Assembly (NCBI GenBank): GCA_965227515.1
Contig: CBDDFZ010000001.1
Span: 3,904,001 to 3,968,000 of the forward strand
Length of the DNA stretch: 64,000 nucleotides
Source of the DNA: Alphaproteobacteria bacterium
GTDB taxonomy: Bacteria; Pseudomonadota; Alphaproteobacteria; CALKHQ01
Direction of reading: 5' to 3'
The position numbers were made by a program, and so were the translations under genes. Positions 30,413 to 39,788 of this stretch are shown piece by piece (within the stretch, counting starts at the first letter, position 1; the number at the start of each line of letters is the position of its first letter). The notes below the pieces were generated by a model. The model was not told where the DNA came from. It saw nothing but the letters and a program-made list of their open reading frames with translations, and made no database searches.

Positions 30413-30912
30413 GCGCGGCGCCGACAGATCGCGCCGGCTTCGTTGCCCGCTTCGGCGGTGTGTTCGAGCATTCGCCGTGGATCGCCGAGACCGCGTTCGA
30501 CCGCTACGGCTTCGACCCCGACGAGACCGCCGCCGATGTGCATCGCCACATGGTGGCCGTGCTGGACGACGCCAAGGAGACCGCGCACCTGGCGCTGATC
30601 CGCGCCCATCCCGACCTTGCCGGCAAGCTGGCCCGCGCCGGCGAGCTGACCGAGGCGTCGCGCCGCGAACAGGCCGGCGCCGGCCTGGATGCCTGCTCCG
30701 ACGAGGAGTTCACCCGGCTTACCGCGCTGAACGACGCCTACAAGGAGCGTTTCGGCTTCCCCTTCATCCTGGCGGTGAAGGGGCGCACCCGTCACGACAT
30801 CATCGCGGCCTTCGAGCGGCGGCTGCACAACGACCGCGCCGCCGAGATCGCCACCGCCATCGCCGAGATCAAGAAGATCGCCCTTTTCCGCTTACAGGAC
30901 ATGCTGCCATGA
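30409..30912 (+). CDS. uraD: OHCU decarboxylase
   Basis: FEHSPW, AHPDLAG, SRREQ, FGFPFI; ATGA overlap with puuE. Confidence 0.92.
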   Translation: MSAAPTDRAGFVARFGGVFEHSPWIAETAFDRYGFDPDETAADVHRHMVAVLDDAKETAHLALIRAHPDLAGKLARAGELTEASRREQAGAGLDACSDEEFTRLTALNDAYKERFGFPFILAVKGRTRHDIIAAFERRLHNDRAAEIATAIAEIKKIALFRLQDMLP

Positions 30913-31928
30913 CCGCCCCAGACCAGGACAACGCCCCCGCCTTCACACGCCAATGGGCCAATGTCGCCGACGCCACCCTGGGGGCCTATGCCGTGGAAGC
31001 CACCGACGAGTTCTTCGGCGGCAAGGCCCGGCTGCTGAAACCGGAGGCGCCGATCTCCAAGATCGGCACGTTTGACGCCCATGGCCAGTGGATGGACGGC
31101 TGGGAGTCCCGCCGTCGCCGCGTGCCCGGCCACGACCACGTGGTGGTGCGCCTGGCCGCGCGCTGCCGCATCCACGGCTTCGACATCGACACTGCGTTCT
31201 TCACCGGCAATTACGCGCCGGCCGCATCCATCGAAGCCTGCCTCAGCGACAGCGAGCGGATCGAAGAAGGCGACTGGCGGCAGGTGATGCCGCACACGCC
31301 GCTTGGGCCGAACGCGCACCACTACATCGCCGTCGACGATCCGGAACTGGTCAGCCACATCCGCCTGCACATCTACCCCGATGGCGGCGTCGCGCGCTTG
31401 CGGGTCTATGGCGAGGTCGCGATCGACTGGTCGCGCCACGACCCCGACGAGATGATCGACCTCGCCGCGCTGATGAACGGCGGGCGCGCGGTCGCCTGGA
31501 ACGATTCCCACTACGGTACGCCGTCGAACATCCTCAAACCCGGCCGCGGGACCAACATGGCCGACGGGTGGGAGACCAGGCGCAGGCGCGAGCCGGGGTA
31601 CGACTGGACGATCATCGCGCTGGGCTCGCCCGGCGCGCCGCGGCGGCTGGAGATCGACACCACCCACTTCAAGGGCAACAACCCGGCGCGGTGTTCGGTG
31701 CAGGGCGCGATCAGCGACACCGACATCGAACAGGCGCTGGTGGCCGAAAGCCTGCACTGGCCCGACCTGCTGCCGGAACAGCCGATCCAGCCCAACGCCG
31801 CGCAGGTGTTCGAGGACGAGCTGCGCGATCTGGGGCCGATCAGCCATGTGCGGCTGAACATGATCCCGGACGGCGGCATCAGCCGGTTCAGGGTCCACGG
31901 CCACCGTGGCGAAGCATCGGAAGGTTGA
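30909..31928 (+). CDS. alc: Allantoicase
   Basis: Two repeats with DGWESRRRR / DGWETRRRR, FTGN / FKGN and PDGG motifs. Confidence 0.92.
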   Translation: MTAPDQDNAPAFTRQWANVADATLGAYAVEATDEFFGGKARLLKPEAPISKIGTFDAHGQWMDGWESRRRRVPGHDHVVVRLAARCRIHGFDIDTAFFTGNYAPAASIEACLSDSERIEEGDWRQVMPHTPLGPNAHHYIAVDDPELVSHIRLHIYPDGGVARLRVYGEVAIDWSRHDPDEMIDLAALMNGGRAVAWNDSHYGTPSNILKPGRGTNMADGWETRRRREPGYDWTIIALGSPGAPRRLEIDTTHFKGNNPARCSVQGAISDTDIEQALVAESLHWPDLLPEQPIQPNAAQVFEDELRDLGPISHVRLNMIPDGGISRFRVHGHRGEASEG

Positions 31929-31935
31929 GGGTGAA

Positions 31936-32469
31936 ATGAGCGCCAACCCTGCACAATCCGCCTTGTTGCGGATACAACCGTTGAGCCGCGATGCCTTCAG
32001 GCCGTTCGGCGACGCAATCACGGCCGAGGGCGTGACGCCGCTGTCGATCAATGACGGCTATACCGCGCGCTTCAACGACCTCGCGAACGTGGATGTCGCC
32101 GAGAACGGCGGCCGGCCGCTGGTCTCCATCTTCCGCACCCAGCCGTTTGCAATGCCCTACCGCCTGACCATGATGGAACGCCATCCGCTGAGCAGCCAGG
32201 GCTTTTATCCGGCGACCGACGGCAGGTTCATCGCGGTGGTGGCACCGCCCGGCACCGCACCGACGCCGGATGACTTGGTGGCGTTCTTGTGCGGACCCGG
32301 CCAGGGGCTCAACCTGGCGCGTGGCGTGTGGCACCATCCGCTGATGCCGATCGATCGGCCGATGGACTTCGTCGTCGTCGATCGGGGCGCGCCGGACGGC
32401 GAGGAAGATCCGAACTGCGACATCGTCGACATGACGCGCGCCAACATCTCGGTCGGCCCCGGCGCCTGA
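31936..32469 (+). CDS. allA: Ureidoglycolate lyase
   Basis: FRPFGD, ERHPLSSQ, GVWHHP, VVDR. Confidence 0.88.
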   Translation: MSANPAQSALLRIQPLSRDAFRPFGDAITAEGVTPLSINDGYTARFNDLANVDVAENGGRPLVSIFRTQPFAMPYRLTMMERHPLSSQGFYPATDGRFIAVVAPPGTAPTPDDLVAFLCGPGQGLNLARGVWHHPLMPIDRPMDFVVVDRGAPDGEEDPNCDIVDMTRANISVGPGA

Positions 32470-32584
32470 CCGCCGGAGGTCGCGGCGGATGGAACTGTTG
32501 GCATACGTCAACGTTCCTGGTCACGTGATGTCATCAAACTGTCATGCCCGCCACTCAGGATGAGGTGCGCAGGGTCGCTGGACC

Positions 32585-33130
32585 ATGGAAAACGAACTTA
32601 TCAGCCTCACCACGCACTTTGGAATTCCGCCCCTGGAAGTGGCGGCGCGCCTGGCGCTGTCCATGGTCCTGGGCGGGCTGATCGGGATCGACCGCGAGAT
32701 CCACAACAAGGCGGCGGGCCTGCGCACCCACATTCTGATCGCGCTGGCATCGGCGACCTTCACGGTGCTGACGTTCGAGTTGTTCACCGCGTTGCGTCAC
32801 GAGGGCGACAATGCACAGTTGGATGCGTCACGCGTCATTCAGGCGGTCACGGCCGGTGTCGCATTCCTGGCCGCCGGCGCCATCATCCGGTCACGGCGTG
32901 GCGTGCGCGGTCTCACCACCGGCGCCAGCATGTGGATGGCCGGCTCGGTTGGCGTCGGCTGCGGGTCCGGTCTCTACGTCGTGGCGCTCATCGGGACCGG
33001 GCTGGCCATGCTGGCGTTGACCATTCTGGGCTGGATCGAACACAGGCTGACCAGGCGCAGACGCCGAAACAACGACGACAACGACGACGGTGACGGGGAT
33101 GACTGGCACGGGCGCCCGCCGCGCGATTGA
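32585..33130 (+). CDS. MgtC/SapB family membrane protein
   Basis: GIDRE...AGLRTH, GVAFLAAG, GLTTGA. Confidence 0.85.
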   Translation: MENELISLTTHFGIPPLEVAARLALSMVLGGLIGIDREIHNKAAGLRTHILIALASATFTVLTFELFTALRHEGDNAQLDASRVIQAVTAGVAFLAAGAIIRSRRGVRGLTTGASMWMAGSVGVGCGSGLYVVALIGTGLAMLALTILGWIEHRLTRRRRRNNDDNDDGDGDDWHGRPPRD

Positions 33131-33220
33131 CTGCGACGGGGCTTGCGCGGGCAACGCCTAGCGGCCATGGTCGGCGCCCCGCCAACGCGGCAGCCATAAT
33201 GGCCATTTGCGGAGTCCCGA

Positions 33221-34462
33221 GTGCGCTACGACCTGAACCTGACCGAGGACCGGCCGACCTTCGTCACCCACCTGGAATGCGCCTACACTGGCGCCACCTA
33301 TCCTGCCGACACACCGCACAATCTGTCCGACGCCGGCAAGCCGCTGCTGGTCCGCTACGACCTGGACGGCGTACGCGGCGCGCTGAGCAAGGACACGCTC
33401 GCCGCGCGCCCCGCCGACCTTTGGCGCTACCGCGAGATGCTGCCGGTGCGCCGCACCGAGAACATCGTCTCGCTCGGCGAGGTGATGACCCCCATCGTGC
33501 CGCTGCGCGCCAGTGCGGACCGCCTCGGCGCCACCGACCTCATGGTCAAGGACGAGGGCCGGCTGCCGACCGGCTCGTTCAAGGCGCGCGGCCTGGTAAT
33601 GGCGGTCTCGATGGCGAAGGAACTGGGCCTGCACCATCTGGCGATGCCGACCAACGGCAACGCCGGTGCCGCGATGAGCGCCTATGCCAGCGCCGGCGGC
33701 ATGCGGACCACCGTGTTCTGTCCCGAGGACACGCCGGAAGTGAACGTCTCTGAGATCGACATCCAGGGCGGGCGGGTCTACCGCGTCAACGGACTGATTG
33801 ACGATTGCGGCAAGCTGGTCGGCGCCGGCAAGGCGGCCGCCGGCTGGTTCGACGTCTCGACCCTGAAGGAGCCCTATCGGATCGAGGGCAAGAAGACCAT
33901 GGGGCTGGAACTGGCCGAGCAGCTCGACTGGGAGCTGCCGGATGTCATCTTCTACCCCACCGGCGGCGGCACCGGCCTGATCGGCATGTGGAAGGCGTTC
34001 CAGGAACTGGAGGCCATCGGCTTCACCGGCGCCAAGAGGCCGCGCATGGTGGCGGTGCAGGCCGAGGGCTGCGCCCCGATGGTGCGCGCCTGGGAGGCCG
34101 GCGAGGAGCACGCGCCGCGGTGGGAGAATGCACACACCATCGCCGCCGGCATCCGGGTGCCGCAGGCGGTGGGCGACTTCTTGATCCTGCGCGCGGTGCG
34201 CGAGAGCGGCGGCTTCGCCATCGCGGTCTCCGACGACGCGATCTCGGCCGCCCGCGACCGAGTAGCGCGCGAGGACGGCTTCCTGATGTGCCCGGAGGGG
34301 GCTGCGACCTTCGCTGCCTTCGAGCAGGCGCTGGCCGACGGCCGGGTGGCGCCGGGCGACCGAGCGGTGCTGTTCAATTGCGCAACCGGGCTGAAATACC
34401 CGCTGCCCCATGTCGACCGCGCCCTGGACCGCCACGCCGACATCGATTTCGCGACGTTGTAG
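33221..34462 (+). CDS. thrC: Threonine synthase-like PLP enzyme
   Basis: PTGSFKARG PLP lysine, TNGNAG, RIEGKKT, PTGGG. Confidence 0.75.
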   Translation: MRYDLNLTEDRPTFVTHLECAYTGATYPADTPHNLSDAGKPLLVRYDLDGVRGALSKDTLAARPADLWRYREMLPVRRTENIVSLGEVMTPIVPLRASADRLGATDLMVKDEGRLPTGSFKARGLVMAVSMAKELGLHHLAMPTNGNAGAAMSAYASAGGMRTTVFCPEDTPEVNVSEIDIQGGRVYRVNGLIDDCGKLVGAGKAAAGWFDVSTLKEPYRIEGKKTMGLELAEQLDWELPDVIFYPTGGGTGLIGMWKAFQELEAIGFTGAKRPRMVAVQAEGCAPMVRAWEAGEEHAPRWENAHTIAAGIRVPQAVGDFLILRAVRESGGFAIAVSDDAISAARDRVAREDGFLMCPEGAATFAAFEQALADGRVAPGDRAVLFNCATGLKYPLPHVDRALDRHADIDFATL

Positions 34463-34470
34463 GGTCGGAA

Positions 34471-35409
34471 ATGGCCCGCATCGTCATTTCCGAGTTCATC
34501 GACGAGTCCGCGCTCGCCGTCCTACAAGCCGCCCACGACGTCGACTTCGCGCCGGACCTGGCGCGCGAACCCGAGGAACTGGCGCGGCGCGTGATCACCG
34601 CCGACGCCCTGATCGTGCGCAACGTCACCCAGGTGCGCGGCGACGTGCTGGCGGCGGCCACCAACTTGCGCGTGGTCGGCCGGCTGGGCGTCGGCCTCGA
34701 CAACATCGACCTGGAGGCGTGTGCGGCGCGCGGCATCGAGGTGATCCCGGCCACCGGCGCCAATGCCGCCTCGGTCGCAGAGTGGGTGCTGGCAAGCGCA
34801 ATGATCCTGCTGCGCGGCGGCGCCTATGCCGCCACCGCCTCGGTGCTCGCCGGCGAATGGCCGCGCGCGCGCCTGATCGGCCACGAGATCGCGGGACGCA
34901 CCATCGGGCTGGTCGGTTTCGGCTCCATCGCGCGGCAGACGGCGCGCCGCGCCCAGGGCCTCGAACTCAAGGTTATTGCCCATGACCCTGTGCTGCCGGG
35001 CGACGATCCGGTCTGGGCCGCCACGAACGTGCGCCCGGTCGGGTTTGAGGCCCTTCTGGCCGAAGCCGATATCGTCAGCCTGCATGCACCGCTGCTGGAG
35101 AGCACCCGCAATCTGATCGATGCCGCCGCCCTGGCGGCGATGAAACCGGACGCGATCCTGCTCAACTCCGCGCGCGGCGGACTGGTCGATGAGGTGGCAT
35201 TGGCCGCCGCGTTGCTCGATGGCGGGATCGCCGGCGCGGCGCTGGACGTCTATGCCGAGGAACCTTTTCCGGCCAGCTCGCATTTAGTTGACGTGCCCAA
35301 TCTGCTGCTGACGCCCCATATCGCCGGTGTGACAGTAGAGGCAAACGCGCGCGTCAGCATGATGATCGCGCGCGCGGTGGCCGACTTCCTGGGAGATGCA
35401 CCATCCTGA
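34471..35409 (+). CDS. D-2-hydroxyacid dehydrogenase, (S)-sulfolactate dehydrogenase-like
   Basis: IVISEF, LIVRN, GRLGVGLDNID, PATGAN.SVAE, LAGEWPR, GFGSIAR, TPHIAGVT; resembles SlcC as recalled. Confidence 0.75.
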   Translation: MARIVISEFIDESALAVLQAAHDVDFAPDLAREPEELARRVITADALIVRNVTQVRGDVLAAATNLRVVGRLGVGLDNIDLEACAARGIEVIPATGANAASVAEWVLASAMILLRGGAYAATASVLAGEWPRARLIGHEIAGRTIGLVGFGSIARQTARRAQGLELKVIAHDPVLPGDDPVWAATNVRPVGFEALLAEADIVSLHAPLLESTRNLIDAAALAAMKPDAILLNSARGGLVDEVALAAALLDGGIAGAALDVYAEEPFPASSHLVDVPNLLLTPHIAGVTVEANARVSMMIARAVADFLGDAPS

Positions 35410-35894
35410 ACCTTAGACCGATTGCGTTCGCCATTCTGGCAGCCGCCAGCGTGGGCGGCTGCGGCGGCTTCAACAGCAGTGCCGCGGACGCCAGCAGTGT
35501 CGGTATCGGCACGGCAATCGGTCTGGCGACGGGCAATCCGTTCATCGGCGTGGCAGCCGGCATCGCCGCGAACGCCGGCCTGAACGCGGGCGTCGACTAT
35601 GTCGAGCGCGAGTATGCCGCCGCAACCCAGGAGGCGATCGCCGCCAAGGCCGGCACCGCGCCCATCGACGAGTGGGTCGGCTGGTCGACCGAGGCCGAGC
35701 TTGAGCTGGGCAAGGACTCCGGCCGGCTGCTGGTGGTGCGCGAGTTCGGCGGCGACCCACCCTGCCGCGAGATCATCTTCACCGAGAATGGCCAGCGCGG
35801 CCGCTACTACACCGCCACCGTCTGCCGGGGGCCGGACGCGTGGACATGGGCGGTGGCGGAACCGGCCACCCCGCGCTGGGGCGACTTGCAGTAG
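35406..35894 (+). CDS. Putative lipoprotein (glycine-zipper/surface-antigen-like); start uncertain
   Basis: The frame upstream of GTG 35451 gives LNLRPIAFAILAAASVGGC, a lipobox-like signal; Gly/Ala-rich helix; C-terminal cysteine pair. Confidence 0.55.
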   Translation: MNLRPIAFAILAAASVGGCGGFNSSAADASSVGIGTAIGLATGNPFIGVAAGIAANAGLNAGVDYVEREYAAATQEAIAAKAGTAPIDEWVGWSTEAELELGKDSGRLLVVREFGGDPPCREIIFTENGQRGRYYTATVCRGPDAWTWAVAEPATPRWGDLQ

Positions 35895-35908
35895 CCAAAT
35901 AGGCGCTT

Positions 35909-36083
35909 GTCGTCCTCGCCCTTGTGGCGAGGACCCATTTGCGTCCAACAAATCAGCGGGCGCCACTCAATTCAGCGAACTTTGGGGCACGTCCGAACCG
36001 GCTGGCATGGCGCCTCCAGTTCTTGGCAACTCAGGAATGAGACCCGCATGACCATGGGCCCTCGCCACAAGGGCGAGGGCGAC
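35909..36083. repeat. MITE/REP-like element, family B
   Basis: GTCGTCCTCGCCCTTGTGGCGAGGACCCAT ... ATGGGCCCTCGCCACAAGGGCGAGGGCGAC. Confidence 0.85.
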
Positions 36084-36088
36084 GAAAA

Positions 36089-37255
36089 CTATTCTTGTTG
36101 GGTCCGATCCCTCTGAAACGCGGTCAGCACCACGCCGGCCAGGATCGCGCCGCAGCCCCAGGCAAGCCCGTCGGACAGCCCACCGGTCGCGTCGCTGATC
36201 GCGCCCGACATGATCGGCCCGATCGACTGGCCCAGGCCGAACGCGAAGGTGAACACCGCAATCGCGAACGGCCAGGCGCCGACACCGGCATTGCGGCGCG
36301 CGAACGCGGTGGTGGCGGTGACCACGGCGAAGAATGCCGAGCCGAACACCAGCGCGGACACCAGCGCCCAGGCATAGCCGTCGACCAGCAGCGGCAAAGC
36401 GGCGCCGACCAGCGTCAGCGCCATCGCCGCCATCGCCGCATATCCATGGTGCAGGGTCGCGATCACCCACCCCCACGCCCAGGGCGCGGCAATGGCCGCC
36501 AGCCCGATGCAGACCCAGAACGCCGACAGCTCGAACGCGGAGGTATCGAGGGCTGCCAGATAGGCGAACATGAAGGTCATGTAGCTGATCGACCCGATGC
36601 CGAAGAGCACGTAACCGACCAGCAGTGGCAGTGTTGCCGCCACGCTGAATGGCGCGCCCTCGCCCTTGCCCCGCCCCTGCGCCCGCGGCGTGTGGCGCAG
36701 CGCGACGGTCGACACCAGCCATAGCGCGGCCGCCAGCCCACCCAGCGCCAGCCAGGCCACATCCCAACCGCCGGGGCCGGTCGCCACCAGCAGGCCGGGC
36801 ACCAGCGCGCCGGAGAGCGTGATCCCGATACCGGGGCCGGTGTAGAACAGGCCAAGCACCACGCCGCCGCGTGCCGGAGAGCTTGCCACCAGCGCCGCCG
36901 TCAGCGCGCCGCCGGCCACGAAAATCAGCCCTGCGGTGATGCCGGCGGCCAGCCGCAGCACGCTCAGCAGCACGAAGTCGCGGGTCAGCCCGACCAGCAG
37001 CACCGCCACCACCGTCGTGCCCGCCGCGCCGACGAACATCAGGTGCAGCCCGGTCCGCTTGGCGATGGGGGCCGCCGTCAGTGCGCCGACAATATAGCCG
37101 ATGGCGTTGATGGTGTTCATCCACCCGGCATCGGCATAGGACCAGTCCAGGTCCTGGCGCATATCGGGCAGCACCAGCGAATAGGCGAAGCGCGCGATGC
37201 CGATGCCGATGGCCGGCCCGAACGCCAGCAGCACCGCGCGCAGTTCAGGCGTCAT
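36089..37255 (-). CDS. MFS transporter, YbfB/YjiJ-like
   Basis: GIARFAYSLVLPDM, GWMNTINAIGY; multiple transmembrane segments. Confidence 0.8.
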   Translation of the reverse strand: MTPELRAVLLAFGPAIGIGIARFAYSLVLPDMRQDLDWSYADAGWMNTINAIGYIVGALTAAPIAKRTGLHLMFVGAAGTTVVAVLLVGLTRDFVLLSVLRLAAGITAGLIFVAGGALTAALVASSPARGGVVLGLFYTGPGIGITLSGALVPGLLVATGPGGWDVAWLALGGLAAALWLVSTVALRHTPRAQGRGKGEGAPFSVAATLPLLVGYVLFGIGSISYMTFMFAYLAALDTSAFELSAFWVCIGLAAIAAPWAWGWVIATLHHGYAAMAAMALTLVGAALPLLVDGYAWALVSALVFGSAFFAVVTATTAFARRNAGVGAWPFAIAVFTFAFGLGQSIGPIMSGAISDATGGLSDGLAWGCGAILAGVVLTAFQRDRTQQE

Positions 37256-37305
37256 AACTGCCTTTCGATGTCATGACCGGCACTGTTTCAAAGCAAAGCA
37301 TTGTT

Positions 37306-37481
37306 GACGCCCTCGCCCTTGTGGCGAGGGCCCATTTATGGGCAATGCGCGGCCGGATTGGTTGGCCGCCGATCACACCGCAACGACAGTCTGGTTTGGA
37401 ACGCGGCGCGTCGATCTGCTCTTCGACACGGATGCCCAGGCCTGCCCACCCATGGGCCCTCGCCACAAGGGCGAGGGCGTC
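37306..37481. repeat. MITE/REP-like element, family B
   Basis: GACGCCCTCGCCCTTGTGGCGAGGGCCCAT ... ATGGGCCCTCGCCACAAGGGCGAGGGCGTC, terminal inverted repeats. Confidence 0.85.
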
Positions 37482-37512
37482 GAGTTTGAGGATGGGGCAT
37501 TGGCGGCTGTCC

Positions 37513-37989
37513 CTAATACGCGCTTGGATCGAACTTCTTCTCGTACAGCGTCCAGGCGGTCTTGGTGGCGATGCGGTCATAGACCCCGCGCGCCCGGTAG
37601 TTCAGGTCGTGGGTGATCCAGCGGATCACCGGCCAGCCGCGCCGCTGGCCGATCTCGTAGACCGCCTCCATCAGGCGGTCGGCGGCGCCGGACCCGCGCA
37701 CGTCGGGGCGCACGAACAGGTCGTCGATGAAGCCGGCCTCGGTGGCGCGCAGCGGGCTCGGCATCACCCGGAAATGGACCAGCCCGATCAGCCCGCCGTC
37801 CCGCGCCGCGACCAGCCCCTCGAACGGATAGGCCGGATCCATCAGCCAGCCCCACACCACCTCCTTGCCGGCGGCGTCGATCGGCGAGTGATAGAAGTCG
37901 GCATAGCCCTGGTAGAGGTCCATCCACGCGTCGTGATGGTCCGCGGTGACCGGGGTGATGGTGAGATCACCTGCCGCAGCAGTGTTCAT
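37513..37989 (-). CDS. GNAT family N-acetyltransferase
   Basis: DDLFVRPDVRGSG, WIT, ARGVYD. Confidence 0.85.
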   Translation of the reverse strand: MNTAAAGDLTITPVTADHHDAWMDLYQGYADFYHSPIDAAGKEVVWGWLMDPAYPFEGLVAARDGGLIGLVHFRVMPSPLRATEAGFIDDLFVRPDVRGSGAADRLMEAVYEIGQRRGWPVIRWITHDLNYRARGVYDRIATKTAWTLYEKKFDPSAY

Positions 37990-38020
37990 AGTGTCCTCCG
38001 AAATCTCTCAACCCAAAATC

Positions 38021-38049
38021 GTCATGGTCGGGACAAGCCCGAGGATGAC
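38021..38049. repeat. Collapsed, chimeric family A hairpin
   Basis: GTCATGGTCGGGACAAGCCCGAGGATGAC. Confidence 0.65.
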
Positions 38050-38075
38050 GCCTGAGAGTGGCATTGGGCCGGGCG

Positions 38076-39788
38076 CTAGGCGCCAGCCTGTTTCTTCTCG
38101 CCGACCGCGCGCATGCCGGCCAGGGTCTGAGCGGGGGTCAGCGCCTCGGGGTCGACGCGCAGCTCGATCAGGCTGGGCTTGCCGGACGCCAGCGCGGCAT
38201 CGAACGCCGGGCCGAACACGTCGGTGCGGGTGACCACATGGCTGTCCAGCCCGAAGGCGTCGGCGAGCGCGGCAAAGTCCGGGTTGTGCAGCCGGGTGCC
38301 GCTGATCCGCCCCGGATACTCGCGCTCCTGGTGCATCCGGATGGTTGCGAACATGCCGTTGTTGACGACGACGAACACCACCGGCGCATCGTGCTGCACC
38401 GCGGTGGCAATCTCCTGGCCATGCATCAGGAAGCAGCCGTCGCCGGCAAAGCAGACCACCGGGCGGTCGGGGTGGCGCAACTTGGCGGCCACCGCCGCCG
38501 GCACGCCGTAGCCCATGGTGCCGTTGGTCGAGCCGACCTGGGTCGGGAACGTGCGGTGGCGGAAGAAGCGGTGCACCCAGGCGTTGTAGTTGCCCGCACC
38601 ATTGGTGATGATCGCCTCGGGCGGCAGGTTCTCCGCCAGCCATGCGACCACCTGGGAGAACTGGACGTCGCCCGGCCCCGGCACCGGGGTCGACCAGGCC
38701 AGATAGGCTTCGTGCGCCGCCTCCGCCCGGCCTGCCCACGGCACCGGGCCGTCGGGTGCCGTGCCGGCGATGGCGGCGGCAAACGCATCCGGCCGGGCCG
38801 CGATGCCGAGTTCGGCGTGGTAGACGCGGCCGACCTCGTCTGCGTCCGGGAACACGTGAACCAGGGTCTGCGCCGGTTTCGGCGCGTCGAACAGCGCGTA
38901 GCCGCCGGTGGTCATCTCGCCAAGCCGTGGCCCGAGCGCGATCAGCAAATCGCTCTCGTCGATCAGCTTGCCGAGGGCCGGGTTGATGCCGATGCCGACA
39001 TCGCCGGCGAACAACGGGTGGGTGTTGTCGAACCGGTCCTGGCGGCGGAAGGCGGTGCCGACCGGCAGCGACCACGCCTCCGCGAACGCCTGGATGTCGG
39101 CAGAGGCCTGGGTACTCCATCCGCCGCCGCCGAGCAGCAGGAACGGCCGTTCGGCGCCCGCCAGCATGTCTTGGAAACGCGCCAGATCGTCGGTGCCCGG
39201 CGCGGCGAGCGCGGGGGCGGCCGGCGGCGCATCGGCGGTGTCGACCCGCTCGCGCAGCATGTCCTCCGGCAGCGCCAGCACCACCGGGCCGGGACGCCCG
39301 CTCATGGCGGTGTGCCAGGCGCGGCTGATGTACTCCGGGATGCGCGCGGTGCTCTCGATCCGCTCCACTTTCTTGGCGATGGGCGCGAAGAAGGCAGTGA
39401 AGTCGACCTCCTGGAACGCCTCACGGTCGCGCAGGTCGCGGCCGACGTCGCCGACCAGCAGGATCATCGGCGTGGAGTCCTGGAACGCGATGTGGACGCC
39501 GGTGCTGGCATTGCAGGCGCCAGGCCCACGGGTGACGATGGCGACACCGGGCCGCCCGGTCAGCTTGCCGTCGGCCTCGGCCATCATCGCCGCACCGCCC
39601 TCCTGCCGGCAGGTCACGACCTCGATCTCCGGGTGGTCGAACAGCCCGTCCAGCACCGCCAGGAAGCTTTCGCCCGGCACCTGGAACACACGGTCGCAGC
39701 CGTTCAGCGCCAGTTGGTCGACCAGGATGCGGCCGCCGTGGCGCAGATTGCTGCCCTGCCGGTTACCCATGTGCCGTTGTTCGTTCAT
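38076..39788 (-). CDS. Thiamine-pyrophosphate-dependent enzyme (acetolactate-synthase-like)
   Basis: VPGESFL, RQEGGA, TRGPG, EAFQE, GDGCFLM...NN; ATG overlaps the Fpg stop. Confidence 0.85.
   Translation of the reverse strand: MNEQRHMGNRQGSNLRHGGRILVDQLALNGCDRVFQVPGESFLAVLDGLFDHPEIEVVTCRQEGGAAMMAEADGKLTGRPGVAIVTRGPGACNASTGVHIAFQDSTPMILLVGDVGRDLRDREAFQEVDFTAFFAPIAKKVERIESTARIPEYISRAWHTAMSGRPGPVVLALPEDMLRERVDTADAPPAAPALAAPGTDDLARFQDMLAGAERPFLLLGGGGWSTQASADIQAFAEAWSLPVGTAFRRQDRFDNTHPLFAGDVGIGINPALGKLIDESDLLIALGPRLGEMTTGGYALFDAPKPAQTLVHVFPDADEVGRVYHAELGIAARPDAFAAAIAGTAPDGPVPWAGRAEAAHEAYLAWSTPVPGPGDVQFSQVVAWLAENLPPEAIITNGAGNYNAWVHRFFRHRTFPTQVGSTNGTMGYGVPAAVAAKLRHPDRPVVCFAGDGCFLMHGQEIATAVQHDAPVVFVVVNNGMFATIRMHQEREYPGRISGTRLHNPDFAALADAFGLDSHVVTRTDVFGPAFDAALASGKPSLIELRVDPEALTPAQTLAGMRAVGEKKQAGA

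Noticed and set aside
32541-32552. GTCATGCCCGCC as another family A repeat
   Set aside because: Only about 11 bp match and there is no second half of the hairpin
37273-38055. ORFs containing RPRPCGEDP / ALVARAH / MPALVAGIH peptides as a protein family
   Set aside because: These are translations of intergenic palindromic repeats; only the cofD and opgC cases are attached to real genes
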